From NCBI GenBank assembly GCA_038870635.1, contig JAVZJR010000004.1, forward strand, positions 1-64,000: 64,000 nt of DNA, given 5' to 3'. Source of the DNA: Candidatus Bilamarchaeaceae archaeon (GTDB taxonomy: Archaea; Micrarchaeota; Micrarchaeia; Anstonellales; Bilamarchaeaceae). Made by a program: the position numbers and the translations under genes. Positions 20,401-30,290 of the stretch are shown in pieces (position 1 is the first letter of the stretch; each line of letters begins with the position of its first letter). Below the pieces are notes generated by a model. That model did no database searches, was not told the DNA's origin, and worked only from the letters and a program-made list of their open reading frames with translations.

Positions 20401-22257
20401 ATCGCACAAAAATACAAAGAAGCTTTCAAGGCAGAGCTAAGAGCACCGATTTCATTCAATGATATAATCAATTCTCCACGACCTATAGTTCAGCTTTGTG
20501 AAGGTGACTATGCTTATTACAGAAAAGGAATGCCTCTTAGTATCGGAGATAAAGTTTATGGCGAAGTAGCTATAAGAGATAATAATAGGAAATGGCGTAA
20601 GTTTGTTGCAGAAGATGTCGTCATTGATTTTGCTAAATATGGGAGAAATGATTTGCAATTGGAATATCGTAAATTAACAGAAGGGAAAGCACAGCCTGGC
20701 CCAGATTGGGATGTATTTATGGAGAATGTAAAGAAATGGGCGAGAAGTGGTGGTTACAGTTACGAAAAAGAGCAGATATTCGCTGCGCTTGTATACAATT
20801 ATGGAAGAAACACAAGAGATTATATGAAATACTGGAAGGATACTGCTATTGAAGTAAAGCCTATGAAAGAAGTTATGGATATTGCACCACACGCTTTAAG
20901 AATGTTCGGTGTTGATAACGAAAAGGCAAGAATAGCAAATACCTTGCTTAAAAACTTAAAAAGCGAATTTGGTTCTTATTTCGTTAAGACAACCCTTGCT
21001 GGTTCACAGCCAATCGTTAATGCATTATATGATAGTGTTGCAATGTCAGAATACGTACAACAACATTCTTGGCGCTTGGCAGCTCAGATATTTACCATGA
21101 GGACAGAAGAAATAAGAGATATGAATGCCGCAGAAAGAGCAGCGTATCGTGATGTAGCTGCGGCGCAAGGTCCTTTTATGCAAGCGAAGGACTGGGCAAT
21201 AGACAGAGCACCTAGACTTACTCCGTTACAAGGCTGCCCCCAAATAACAGAACATTCATTCCATCATGGGCCCGGCCATTTGCTTGGAACTGTGAAAAAT
21301 TATTTAGGAGCTACTATGACTCATTGGGAGTGGACAGCGTTTTATGCTTTGTATGGTTGGCCAATAGATATTGCTGGTAAAATCCACAAACCTTTTGCAG
21401 GAATATTTAGGAATATACAAGTTGCTATGCAAGGGTATCCATCAAGGTGGAACCAACATGTAGATGATGCTTTGAATACATTTGAGTATACGAAACCCCG
21501 ACTACTCGAAGCAACCAGAAGTTTAGGAACTGTTTTTAGTAGCAGTAAACTTTCTAAATTGAAACTATGGCAAGAGGCTGCAGAGTGGCGGCAGACTGCA
21601 GGAGAAGATCTATTAGCCGGTCTTAAACAATCACCTTCAGATATTTTCATAAGAAGAAGCGGTATTTTTGCTAATGCGAGAACAGGTATGGCCAATCCGG
21701 GTACCACTTACTATGACTACCGTTATGAGTTGAAAGTAGATGAAGTTATAGCATCATATTTCTGGAGAAACAGAGATGCATTATATATGTTTGATAAAGA
21801 AATGAGCGACTCTGCTTTTCGTTCTACTCTAAGAAGAACCGTTTCCGCTGAAGCGTTATCACTTAAATATGATCATGAAATACGTGGCGTTGCTATCGAC
21901 CAGCACCCTCTAGCTGGTTTACTTATTCCAATTTTATTTCCTTACCACGTCCCCATACCATTTTATCCATCTCAGTTTACACCAAGAGAATGGTTGAGCC
22001 GCGTTGCACAGAAAAGAAGATTTGAAGGCGAAGGGCCATCATTTGCTGAAAACATAGTAGAGTTGTCAGAAAACCTTGCCAGAGGTGCCTATCATGCGAT
22101 GACTCCATGGAAAGGATCCTCAATAGTTTATTGTCCGAAGTGTGGTAAATCGAATTATGTAGGCACGGTTTGCAGATGCGGTACAGTAATATATGGTGTA
22201 AAGAAAAAAGAACCACGCGAAGACTACGAAGAGCATTATTTTAGAAAAGCTGCATAA
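17440..22257 (+). CDS. very large hypothetical membrane protein (signal peptide, external domain, TM, ~1300-aa internal region, C-terminal Zn ribbon)
   Basis: Uninterrupted 1609-codon ORF; hydrophobic N-terminus; TM near aa 248-266; CPKCG...CRCG near the C-terminus. Confidence 0.85.
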   Translation: MKKFFYVLGLVVILLFTMTTLCVAQTTGNQPTEIRTATGSFWVSQSGEKGNNITVAVIVPLADVVSAEQQKEADEILKQVREYCDKLSYPSTFYNNKDECFVLQAQQQLRSASIKYTSIKNAKIGFAYYNPVTSSYQPLDTCGGALGMQANTEVYDSQYDTILYQTSCVVPAEVYRGIKTTILISYLQNGEVVELVLNNQPQKYAVYVEPRQVTISDVKVSTIDAIYNAITQGISGATQQNPVACLGLFLVLGLFLASMYFSGRSPMSLLDITTPRMPSPPGLEAGGQVVLPYGYQELKKTAMQKLGAGATALSASISRLVSTDNKVATEWNRVRTTIDKLNPDPQQRAVMEALAASALANGKKYSDIKHLLSKLPKKYGMDEHKTVAQILGTMIQQGGSQAVMAQTIKDMLLTFRMLEGMGPLSGTPKSKVGQKIVTGLTNVVGPNRYNMASTMIVGSIGSIVRTGRTVRSVSKEMVKTAPELARGVARSFIALSPTGMERLRKTAGEEGISGAIARQILKEPSKGMEVGKKVAIDEKMERYYEKLLEESKMNVLTYILKQGYKALGVNFALSEKDILEFALKDIDILEKCGYAKNAAKIQMMEKELLAALAAAKTTDEKINAALSVVQKYGAVIDQGMFRFLDRLNAIDKSKEEGFLKFIALQEFLLYHEKSMKACGVNQTNNGDKFYVVVGRSSINGSDIWEIAVLRTMLWDHANGYLKGGLKEGLQRAWLDSVNRIIGLNPTSNLNELPEFMRNKAELEKIERRIRSTIVDLMTAEGRGAFMKQYGKPPEQASIKELLGMLFGKGRLPPEMQRLKEDRFGRKVYFGGDEIALGPAAEWFKVDMKRHWVGPLDPRENFALAQWVESYFSRTSEAAYKSSIEAEIDKMPGSKNWSVTERQAVAKKLWVVDQIKMDFENKFNSQFCVGYDAYGKLSEKAAFYNNILLGFYEKAMKDSGLVENHPHLLFLKNIDISNSVHLHKFRTEIAQKYKEAFKAELRAPISFNDIINSPRPIVQLCEGDYAYYRKGMPLSIGDKVYGEVAIRDNNRKWRKFVAEDVVIDFAKYGRNDLQLEYRKLTEGKAQPGPDWDVFMENVKKWARSGGYSYEKEQIFAALVYNYGRNTRDYMKYWKDTAIEVKPMKEVMDIAPHALRMFGVDNEKARIANTLLKNLKSEFGSYFVKTTLAGSQPIVNALYDSVAMSEYVQQHSWRLAAQIFTMRTEEIRDMNAAERAAYRDVAAAQGPFMQAKDWAIDRAPRLTPLQGCPQITEHSFHHGPGHLLGTVKNYLGATMTHWEWTAFYALYGWPIDIAGKIHKPFAGIFRNIQVAMQGYPSRWNQHVDDALNTFEYTKPRLLEATRSLGTVFSSSKLSKLKLWQEAAEWRQTAGEDLLAGLKQSPSDIFIRRSGIFANARTGMANPGTTYYDYRYELKVDEVIASYFWRNRDALYMFDKEMSDSAFRSTLRRTVSAEALSLKYDHEIRGVAIDQHPLAGLLIPILFPYHVPIPFYPSQFTPREWLSRVAQKRRFEGEGPSFAENIVELSENLARGAYHAMTPWKGSSIVYCPKCGKSNYVGTVCRCGTVIYGVKKKEPREDYEEHYFRKAA

Positions 22258-22328
22258 TTTTTTATTTCTTTAATTTTTTTGCACTTCATAAAATAGATTT
22301 TTAATTACTTCCTCGTTTATTATCGTGT

Positions 22329-24923
22329 ATGCGTTTACGTTTTTTTTATTTTTTGTTTGTATTAATAACCAGCAGTTTTTTTGTTAGTGGTTGTATCCAG
22401 CAAATTGGGGCTTTTGATTCATTTTCACGTGAATACGCTGCCGGTTTAAATTGGCAGGAAATGGCATCGCCTGAAAAAGAATGTCAATTAGGAAATTGTA
22501 GTTGTATGGTTTGTAAAAACGGTCCTTCGATATGGCCGATGCTGAGCTCGCTAGCGGGTGGTTATTGCAAAATAGATAATGAATGTACAACAGATAAATT
22601 TAATTCTTATAATAATGGTAGTACGTCTCTTGGAAAAAATTTTTCTGTTCGTCAATTTATGATAGGGCAGGGACCCTCAATTTACGCTGCCGGGGCAGCT
22701 AATACCCTTTGTAATGGGAAACTTTCTATGGCCGTTCATTGGCTTATAGGTTCAAAAAATAAAACATATGATGGCGTAGATGTTGATCGCGCAGTTTGCC
22801 TTCTTGACAAAGGTGTACTTCCTGTTTTTGTGCTTTATAGTAAAGGAGAAAACATAAATGCTACAAGAGCAAGAGAAATCGCTGCAATTTTAGGCCACGA
22901 TGCAAAATTAATAAGAAAGGGTGGTGCTGCCGGTCCTGCCGGACCAGTTATAATAGTGAGTGAACTTGAGTTTAATTCTAGCAATAATGATCAAGTTAAC
23001 GCTGTTGCAGAGCAAATAGATGCTATAAACAAAGCGTGCAACGATTGGTCTAACACAAACGCGCCATTAGTTTATTGCTTTGCGGGCGTTGCGCCTAAAA
23101 TAGGAGATAAAGACGGTTTAGACAAGGTTATGGCTATTTTGACTTCGTGGTATGGTTATAAAGAGGAAGACTTGAAGAAGTTTGTTATTTTGGCATATGG
23201 TCTTAACTCTCATTATGTGAATGGCACATGTAGTGGGGACAGAATGATACTTGACGCTGTTGCTTTTTCTCGCTATGCGCGTAATAAATATGGAATAGTT
23301 TCAGTAATTCCTTATGTGCTTGTAGATGTTAACCAACCAGATGTTAGCGGTAGATGCATTTGGCGTGAGGGGGATGCAATAAATGCTTATAATTCAATAT
23401 TTTTTAATGGAATACCGACTTTGATAAAATATGGGGTTATTGGTATTTCGCTGTATTCTCCTGACGCAAGTACTTTTTCTAATCCTTTAGGTTGTGTTGA
23501 TTGCGGCGTTGTTCAATATGAAATGAGAAAAAGAGCATGGTTTGGTAATTGCCAAAAATACACGACAACAGTATACTCACCATCTTCAACTCAGAGTGAA
23601 ATAGTAGCTATACCATCGAATCTTATAAGATTTCCTAATAATGATGCCGCTAATTGCGGAACAACTTTAGAAGAGGTTTCTGCGAGTATATTTAATGTTC
23701 CATCCCAAAAAAAGTCAGGTGAGTTGTTAGATATTTTTAATCCGCCAGTTCCTGAGATGGGTAAAGAAGTTACCAAATATTGGTCTTGCGATAGTTGTAT
23801 TTCAGAAAAGAAAAATATTACAGAAATTTTCAAGAAGACGGGTGGCGGAAATGTTATACTTCGATATAAAAAACAACCTACTGTTGTGGCCGGTTTAGAT
23901 GTTTGTAAAAATTATACAGAATTAGATTTCTATGCCTCACGTTTTAACGTTGACCCGATGCTTGTAAGAGCAACTGCAGCCGCTGAGAGCGGTTTTGATA
24001 AATGTGCAGTTGCAAGAGTTTGTAAAGGTGGTGTCAGCTACCAAAAATGCGTTCCTGGTAATTATAATATTGGTTATGACTTTATGAATGACCCATCAGG
24101 GGATTGCAAATTTGAAGATATACCAACTGATAGTAAAGGTGATCTAAAATACACTTTTGTTGGCCTTGGCTTAATGCAAGTGCTCGAGAGTCCATATACT
24201 TTTTGGCCACCTGATGGCCCTTATAAAGAGCATTTTTTAGAAGCTTATAAATACGGCCGAAGAGAAGAAATAAATTTAGTGAGTTCGGTATGTGGCAATA
24301 AGTTTAATCCATTTAATGCTACTGACGCTGCCTGTTGGGGTACATGGAAGCTTTCAAAAATGCTGTCTGATAGTTATAAAGACGCGGTCCAATTGGCAGT
24401 TAATGAGTCTAACACAGATGAAATAAAATCGCTTAGCGCATTAGTGGCGGTATATAAATACACTGGTTGGTGGGGCGCTAATGCTGGCGTCTATGGTCTT
24501 ACTGTTTGCTACTCTCCATCATCAAAAACAGTTGGTACCTGCCTTATAGAAGCTTATAAGGGTAGTGAGGTTTCTAATTGTGCGCTTGGTGCTAACGGCG
24601 AATGTGTTGGTGGCGAAGGTTGCGTTTTAAGTGCGACTGGTACTTGTATTGTAGATGAAACGAATTGCTATTATTCAAAAGATAACCCCAAGGACTTCAT
24701 TTGGTTTGTTGATTGTGTTATCAAAAATAAAAATCTTATGAGCGGGGACACTACCTATGCTAAAACTGGTCTGCAAAGATTAGGTTATTATGAGTGGCTT
24801 AATGAAAATTGTGCGCAAGCAGGTTGTCCCTCTTGGAAAGCGTTAAATGATGTTGTGGCTGAATACGGTGCGGGTAAAAAATCAGAAACTCCTTATCAAC
24901 TTTATGAAGATTTTTATAAATGA
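22329..24923 (+). CDS. secreted/lipoprotein Cys-rich protein with lytic transglycosylase (SLT)-like domain
   Basis: VSGC lipobox-like signal; 'YASRFNVDPMLVRATAAAESGFD', 'GLGLMQV', 'PFNATDAACWGTWKL' match SLT motifs. Confidence 0.75.
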   Translation: MRLRFFYFLFVLITSSFFVSGCIQQIGAFDSFSREYAAGLNWQEMASPEKECQLGNCSCMVCKNGPSIWPMLSSLAGGYCKIDNECTTDKFNSYNNGSTSLGKNFSVRQFMIGQGPSIYAAGAANTLCNGKLSMAVHWLIGSKNKTYDGVDVDRAVCLLDKGVLPVFVLYSKGENINATRAREIAAILGHDAKLIRKGGAAGPAGPVIIVSELEFNSSNNDQVNAVAEQIDAINKACNDWSNTNAPLVYCFAGVAPKIGDKDGLDKVMAILTSWYGYKEEDLKKFVILAYGLNSHYVNGTCSGDRMILDAVAFSRYARNKYGIVSVIPYVLVDVNQPDVSGRCIWREGDAINAYNSIFFNGIPTLIKYGVIGISLYSPDASTFSNPLGCVDCGVVQYEMRKRAWFGNCQKYTTTVYSPSSTQSEIVAIPSNLIRFPNNDAANCGTTLEEVSASIFNVPSQKKSGELLDIFNPPVPEMGKEVTKYWSCDSCISEKKNITEIFKKTGGGNVILRYKKQPTVVAGLDVCKNYTELDFYASRFNVDPMLVRATAAAESGFDKCAVARVCKGGVSYQKCVPGNYNIGYDFMNDPSGDCKFEDIPTDSKGDLKYTFVGLGLMQVLESPYTFWPPDGPYKEHFLEAYKYGRREEINLVSSVCGNKFNPFNATDAACWGTWKLSKMLSDSYKDAVQLAVNESNTDEIKSLSALVAVYKYTGWWGANAGVYGLTVCYSPSSKTVGTCLIEAYKGSEVSNCALGANGECVGGEGCVLSATGTCIVDETNCYYSKDNPKDFIWFVDCVIKNKNLMSGDTTYAKTGLQRLGYYEWLNENCAQAGCPSWKALNDVVAEYGAGKKSETPYQLYEDFYK

Positions 24924-24928
24924 AATTT

Positions 24929-26173
24929 CTATCCTTCACTTTTTACTGTAACCTTTTCATCTATTGATATTATAGAGGAAAGTGGCAGTTTAAACTTTTT
25001 CTCAAAGATAGTTTGTAAGATTAATTTTTCTTCTTTCACATCTACGCCAACTATTTTTCCAATGAGGCTTCCATCCCTTCCGACTACTTCCTTCCCCTCC
25101 ATTTTCATTCTACTTATTATATCTGTTCTAATCCAAGAAAGCGCGATAGTACTTATATAACCTAGAACTAGCGTGATTATTATTGTCAGGAGAAAGTCAC
25201 TAAAAGCGATGTATGGTGGATAAAGATTTAGCACCCATTTCGAGCCGACATCTACTACCATCGCAAAAAGAAGCGCCATCAGTGAATATAGCGCGTATCT
25301 TGTTATGTTGTACACCTTTCGCTCAGCCTTGGAATCCATTACTTTTCCTATAATTATGAGAAAGAATGCTATGAGAGTGGGCCATAGAGTGCCTTGCACT
25401 ACATATGCTATTGTTTTTTCGCTCGTGAGAGCCCTTATATTGGCGTTATTATAATTTTGGTAAGCAGAGGTGATTGCAATGGCGAATAATATGATGCTTC
25501 CTAAATAACCTATCCAACTTGTTTTTTCAATTGAAAACCTAAAATCTTTAACGAAACTTATGATTGCTTCGTCTATATTTAACATTCTAACGATTAGATA
25601 TGCACCAACTACTATACCTACTACTTCCCAACCTAATCCAAGGTAGGATGCTGTTGAAAGCATTAGAATCAATAAGGCGGGTATACCTATTATTATTCTT
25701 GAATAGTATGGGTCTTTTATTTTCTCTAAAAGTATGAAGTAAGTCTTTTCAAGTTCTTTCGCTTGTTTTACAATAACAATCTTCGTAGAATCTATTTTTA
25801 TGCGAGATTTTACTATTGGAAGCACTTCCTCATCAGAAGCTCCATCTGAAACTAATATGGCAGAAATTGGTTTTAACTCTTCTATTATTCTATCTAGTTG
25901 TTCACTTATTTTTTTATCTGCGTCATAGCCTAGTTTTTTATCACCAGTGAGGGTTACTATCTCTACTGTTTTTCCTTCATTTTTCATTTTATCATAGAGC
26001 TGGATTGCTGAAAATATTGCGTTGACATCGCTATCTTCTGGGTCAGCAAGACCAAGTTTTGTAGCTGCAAGAAGGTTCTTTTCTCTACCTACAATTGGCC
26101 CACTAACTTTCCCCTTTTCGTATAGGTCATTATCTCTATCAATACATAATATCAGTATAGGTCTTTCCATCAA
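24929..26173 (-). CDS. DUF373 family membrane protein
   Basis: LCIDRDNDL, DPEDSDVN, VSDGASDE, VKQAKELE followed by multiple TMs. Confidence 0.9.
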   Translation of the reverse strand: MMERPILILCIDRDNDLYEKGKVSGPIVGREKNLLAATKLGLADPEDSDVNAIFSAIQLYDKMKNEGKTVEIVTLTGDKKLGYDADKKISEQLDRIIEELKPISAILVSDGASDEEVLPIVKSRIKIDSTKIVIVKQAKELEKTYFILLEKIKDPYYSRIIIGIPALLILMLSTASYLGLGWEVVGIVVGAYLIVRMLNIDEAIISFVKDFRFSIEKTSWIGYLGSIILFAIAITSAYQNYNNANIRALTSEKTIAYVVQGTLWPTLIAFFLIIIGKVMDSKAERKVYNITRYALYSLMALLFAMVVDVGSKWVLNLYPPYIAFSDFLLTIIITLVLGYISTIALSWIRTDIISRMKMEGKEVVGRDGSLIGKIVGVDVKEEKLILQTIFEKKFKLPLSSIISIDEKVTVKSEG

Positions 26174-26274
26174 ATGAGTTAAAGTGAGAATTATTTATAA
26201 AGATAAACCATCTTGAACATACTTTTCATTATGTGTTAGTAAATATTTATAAATGTTTAATGAGAAAGAAATAT

Positions 26275-27231
26275 ATGGCCTTTAAACAAAAAACCGATCA
26301 GGCAGATAATAATAAGAAAAATCTTAATATGCTTAATAACGTTCCGAATAAAGAGAGCATCAATGCTTCACGGGTAGAGGCCGAAGAAATATTGAAGAAT
26401 GAATTTGCGACTACTGCCCTAAAAAAACATGCTTTGAGCATTCTAAGGCAAAACCATATAACAGAAAGCGCACCTCATGTTGTTAAAATTGTGTTTGCTT
26501 CTGTTATACAAGAAGATTTATATCGAAGTGCTTTCAAATTGCTTGCCGAATGGTTGCAGGAAGGGGAGGGCAGCGTAGCTGATGCTATAATAAATGAACT
26601 TCGTGTTAACAATAGTTCAAGTTCAATAGAAATTTTTTTTGATCTTGTTGACTACGCTCCTAAGCTATTTGCCCAAGAAATGCTGAATAATATTTCAGAT
26701 ACAAGATTGTCTTATTTTTTAAGGACACTTTTTATAGATTATATTGTAACAACACAAAATGAGATGTTTATGTATTCTTTCAGACAAAAAGCTAACACTC
26801 ATGTCTTGAAAATAATAGAAGACTCTGAAAGTGTTATAAATGGTTTTCTAATTTTTAGCAATAAGATTAACCAAACAAAAAACACACGAGATTTTATGTC
26901 AATGGAAGATGAAATAAGCGGCGTCGTTTCACTTTTGGTTCGCATTTCTAGTGCAGTTGAATTAAACAAAGAAACGCAAGAAAGAATTAGTCAATTTGCA
27001 ATCGACTTGTGTAGTAAAGGATATGATCTTTTTGCATTACAACTTATTGAAAAAATTAATATACCCTCATCATTGATGGTTTTGGATATGGTAAAACAAA
27101 ATTTAAATGACAAATTGCAAAAACGTTCTTATTCCTCTCTAAAACAAAAGAAGGAGTGGGAAGAAATTTTAAATAAAGTTGAGGCCGAAATAAAGAAAAG
27201 AGGGGTAGTCTGCGATTTTTTCAATTGTTAA
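26275..27231 (+). CDS. hypothetical alpha-helical protein
   Basis: Long ORF filling the gap; start trimmed to MAFKQK; no recognisable motif. Confidence 0.65.
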   Translation: MAFKQKTDQADNNKKNLNMLNNVPNKESINASRVEAEEILKNEFATTALKKHALSILRQNHITESAPHVVKIVFASVIQEDLYRSAFKLLAEWLQEGEGSVADAIINELRVNNSSSSIEIFFDLVDYAPKLFAQEMLNNISDTRLSYFLRTLFIDYIVTTQNEMFMYSFRQKANTHVLKIIEDSESVINGFLIFSNKINQTKNTRDFMSMEDEISGVVSLLVRISSAVELNKETQERISQFAIDLCSKGYDLFALQLIEKINIPSSLMVLDMVKQNLNDKLQKRSYSSLKQKKEWEEILNKVEAEIKKRGVVCDFFNC

Positions 27232-29585
27232 TCATGTAAACTAAAATCTGTTTTATCATCTTCAATACTCTTCTCAGTTAATCTTGCCAATCTTCGTAAA
27301 ATAACCTTCTGCTCAGCGCTTGCGACTATTCTTCTCGTACGTTCTATTGCATCAGGATTTACACTAATTGAAGTTATTCCAAATTCTACTAATTTTTCTG
27401 CGAAGTCTGGATAAACTGATGGCGCTTGACCGCAAAGCGAACACGTAACTTTGTATTTGTTACATGTTTCTACGACGTGCTTTATTGATCGCAATACTGC
27501 TTCATTTCTTTCATCAAATCCCTTTGCAAGTGTTGCGTTATCACGATCAATCCCCAAAGTTAGTTGGGTAAGGTCATTACTACCTATTGAAACACCATCT
27601 ATTCCCTCTTGGCAGAATTGGTCTATGAGAATAACTGTGCTCGGCACCTCAACCATTATCCATAGTTTAAAATCACGAGTGCGATATATACCAACTCTGT
27701 GAAGTTGCTCTTTTATAGCTCTCAATTCACCTATCCTTCGAACAAAAGGTATCATTAACCACAAGTTTTTGAGATGGTACTCGTCCCGTACTTTCTTTAT
27801 TGCGCGCAATTCCAGTTCAAAAACCTCTGGTTCTTGGATGTATCTTGCAGCGCCGCGATACCCCATCATTGGATTCTCTTCTTTTGGTTCGTATTGTTCG
27901 CCACCCTCCAAGCTTCTGTATTCATTTGTTTTAAAATCCGTTGCACGGTAAACAACCGGCCTTGGATAAAATGCCGCTGCAAATCTTCGCATTCCTTCTG
28001 CAAGTTTATTTATATACTCTTCTGCTTTTCCTTCAGCAATCATTTTCTTTGGGTGCACCCCAATATTCGCTATCATAAACTCTGCGCGGAGAAGGCCCAC
28101 TCCATCTACCGGAAGTTTTGCAACTCTTTCTGCTTGATCAACATCCGCAAGGTTCACATATATCTTAGTTCCGGTTACTGGTGCAGTTTCACTTAATGTT
28201 ACCGCACCAATTTCTTTTTCTTCTTTCTTAGCTTCTAAAACACCAGAATAAACAATCCCGCTGTTACCATCTACACTTACTATCTGCCCTTCTTTTAGTA
28301 TAGTTGTCGCACCACTCGCACCTACTACACACGGCACACCTAACTCTCTGCTAACTATTGCTGCGTGACTCGTCATACCACCCGTGTCTGTTACTATTGC
28401 TGCAGCTCTTTTCATACCCGGAACATAATCTGGCGTTGTCATTTCTGTTACTAGTATATCTCCTCTTTCTACTCTTTTTATTTCTGCTGGACTTTTTATT
28501 ATTTTTACTGGACCAACTCCAATTCCAGGTGAAGCGCCAAGACCGCTGACTAATATCTTAACCTCCTCTTTTTTAGTTGTAGCTTGCTCTTGCTCAAGTT
28601 GGGATGTGGCTACTGGTTCGATTTTTTTCTTTAAGGTGGTTATCGGTCTTGCTTGTACAATGTAGAGATTTCCTCTCTCAAAAGCATACTCTATATCTTG
28701 TGGACTACCATAGTGTTCTTCTATTTTTACGCACATCTTTGCAAGGTCTTTTATCTCAAGATCACTTAGTTTTTGTAGTTGTTGTGCTTCTTCTTTTATA
28801 CTAACTTTTTTATTTTCTCCATCTATCTTAGCTATCATCCATGTTTGTTTCGCTATTTTTTTATCTATTATCTTAAAGTCTCTTTTGTCGACAATATAGG
28901 TATCAGGAGTTACAAGCCCGCTCACGACAACTTCACCAAGTCCATAGGCAGCTTCTATTGACATCTTATTCCTATCTTGTGTTATTGGGTCTACTGTGAA
29001 TACTACACCTGCCTTTTCACTTTGCACCATCATCTGCACAACCGCTGCTAATCCAACCTTCATATGGTCGAATTTATTTTGTACACGATAAAATATTGCG
29101 CGGGGCTCAAAAAGTGAAGCCCAACATTTTCTTACCGCATCGATTGTTCCTTCTGGTCCCCGTATGTTAAGAAATGTTGCCTGTTGGCCTGCAAAAGATG
29201 CAGTTGGAAGGTCCTCTGCTGTTGCCGAACTTCTAACCGCTACAAAAACTTCTCTGCCGCTCATGTCGCATAGTTCTTTGTAAGAGCGCGCGATGTCGTT
29301 TTTTATGTCTTCTGGTATTTTTCCGTTAATAATCATTTTTTTTATTTCCTCTGCTGTTTTTTGCAACTTTTCAGTATCATTAACATCCAACTTATCGAGC
29401 ATATCTTTTATTCTTTCTCTAAGGTTGTTCGCATCTATGAACTTAAAATAAGCACCGCTGGTTACTACGAAGCCATTTGGTATGGGAAAGCCATTATAAT
29501 ACATTTCACCAAGATTTGCTCCTTTTCCACCTGCTTCTGCCAAGTTTGATTTATTAAGCTCCTTAAACCACATGACATTTTTCAT
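27228..29585 (-). CDS. ppsA: phosphoenolpyruvate synthase
   Basis: GGKGANLGE, VRSSATAED, GGMTSHAAIVSRELG (phospho-His), GSNDLTQ. Confidence 0.97.
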   Translation of the reverse strand: MKNVMWFKELNKSNLAEAGGKGANLGEMYYNGFPIPNGFVVTSGAYFKFIDANNLRERIKDMLDKLDVNDTEKLQKTAEEIKKMIINGKIPEDIKNDIARSYKELCDMSGREVFVAVRSSATAEDLPTASFAGQQATFLNIRGPEGTIDAVRKCWASLFEPRAIFYRVQNKFDHMKVGLAAVVQMMVQSEKAGVVFTVDPITQDRNKMSIEAAYGLGEVVVSGLVTPDTYIVDKRDFKIIDKKIAKQTWMIAKIDGENKKVSIKEEAQQLQKLSDLEIKDLAKMCVKIEEHYGSPQDIEYAFERGNLYIVQARPITTLKKKIEPVATSQLEQEQATTKKEEVKILVSGLGASPGIGVGPVKIIKSPAEIKRVERGDILVTEMTTPDYVPGMKRAAAIVTDTGGMTSHAAIVSRELGVPCVVGASGATTILKEGQIVSVDGNSGIVYSGVLEAKKEEKEIGAVTLSETAPVTGTKIYVNLADVDQAERVAKLPVDGVGLLRAEFMIANIGVHPKKMIAEGKAEEYINKLAEGMRRFAAAFYPRPVVYRATDFKTNEYRSLEGGEQYEPKEENPMMGYRGAARYIQEPEVFELELRAIKKVRDEYHLKNLWLMIPFVRRIGELRAIKEQLHRVGIYRTRDFKLWIMVEVPSTVILIDQFCQEGIDGVSIGSNDLTQLTLGIDRDNATLAKGFDERNEAVLRSIKHVVETCNKYKVTCSLCGQAPSVYPDFAEKLVEFGITSISVNPDAIERTRRIVASAEQKVILRRLARLTEKSIEDDKTDFSLHD

Positions 29586-29657
29586 ATACCCACCCACATC
29601 TTAGATACCCCTTCTCCTGCAAGAGGTTGTGGATAGATATCTCGAATAAGTTTATAA

Positions 29658-30290
29658 TTATTTTTGTGTGCTTTTTTCAAACCAGTTTGTTATGTTTTTT
29701 CTAATTAGTTCATAGGTATCGTTATACATTTTATATATTGGATTCTTCTCATTGTCATTCATAAATTCCACAACTCGCATTAAGGTTACCAACGTAAAAG
29801 AAATTAAAACTGAAGTTGTAAATGCAATCGGTGATAAATATTCGCGTGGTATCGTTATAAGCCCACCCATAAAAAGACCAAGAAAACAAACTAAGTCACT
29901 AGGAAAATTTTTCTTTACAAATTCTAATAATATATTTTTCTTAAAAGAAAAATCTACTTTATCTAATACTCTTGTAACTTTTTCGAGTGTCGTTGTATTT
30001 TTTATTTCTTTTTTTATTAATTTTTCCTGTATTTCTAATTTTTTCTCTTTTTTCCTATACTCATTTTCTATTAAGAGCATTGTAGCACGCAGGATTTTTG
30101 CATCTAGTTTTTTATCTTCATAATCTAGACTATACATCTCATTTTTTACATTTTCCCATGCCAATTCTATTTTCTTTTTTTCATTTAATAGTGAGTAATA
30201 TCTTCTGAGTAGTTGTTTTAGATTTTTTTCTCTTTCTCTTTCTATTTTTTTGAATTTTTCTATTTTTAGTCTCGATAAAGAACTATCCAT
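29658..30290 (-). CDS. hypothetical coiled-coil protein with 2 C-terminal TMs
   Basis: ORF with K/E-rich heptads and hydrophobic segments near aa 132-175. Confidence 0.6.
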   Translation of the reverse strand: MDSSLSRLKIEKFKKIEREREKNLKQLLRRYYSLLNEKKKIELAWENVKNEMYSLDYEDKKLDAKILRATMLLIENEYRKKEKKLEIQEKLIKKEIKNTTTLEKVTRVLDKVDFSFKKNILLEFVKKNFPSDLVCFLGLFMGGLITIPREYLSPIAFTTSVLISFTLVTLMRVVEFMNDNEKNPIYKMYNDTYELIRKNITNWFEKSTQK

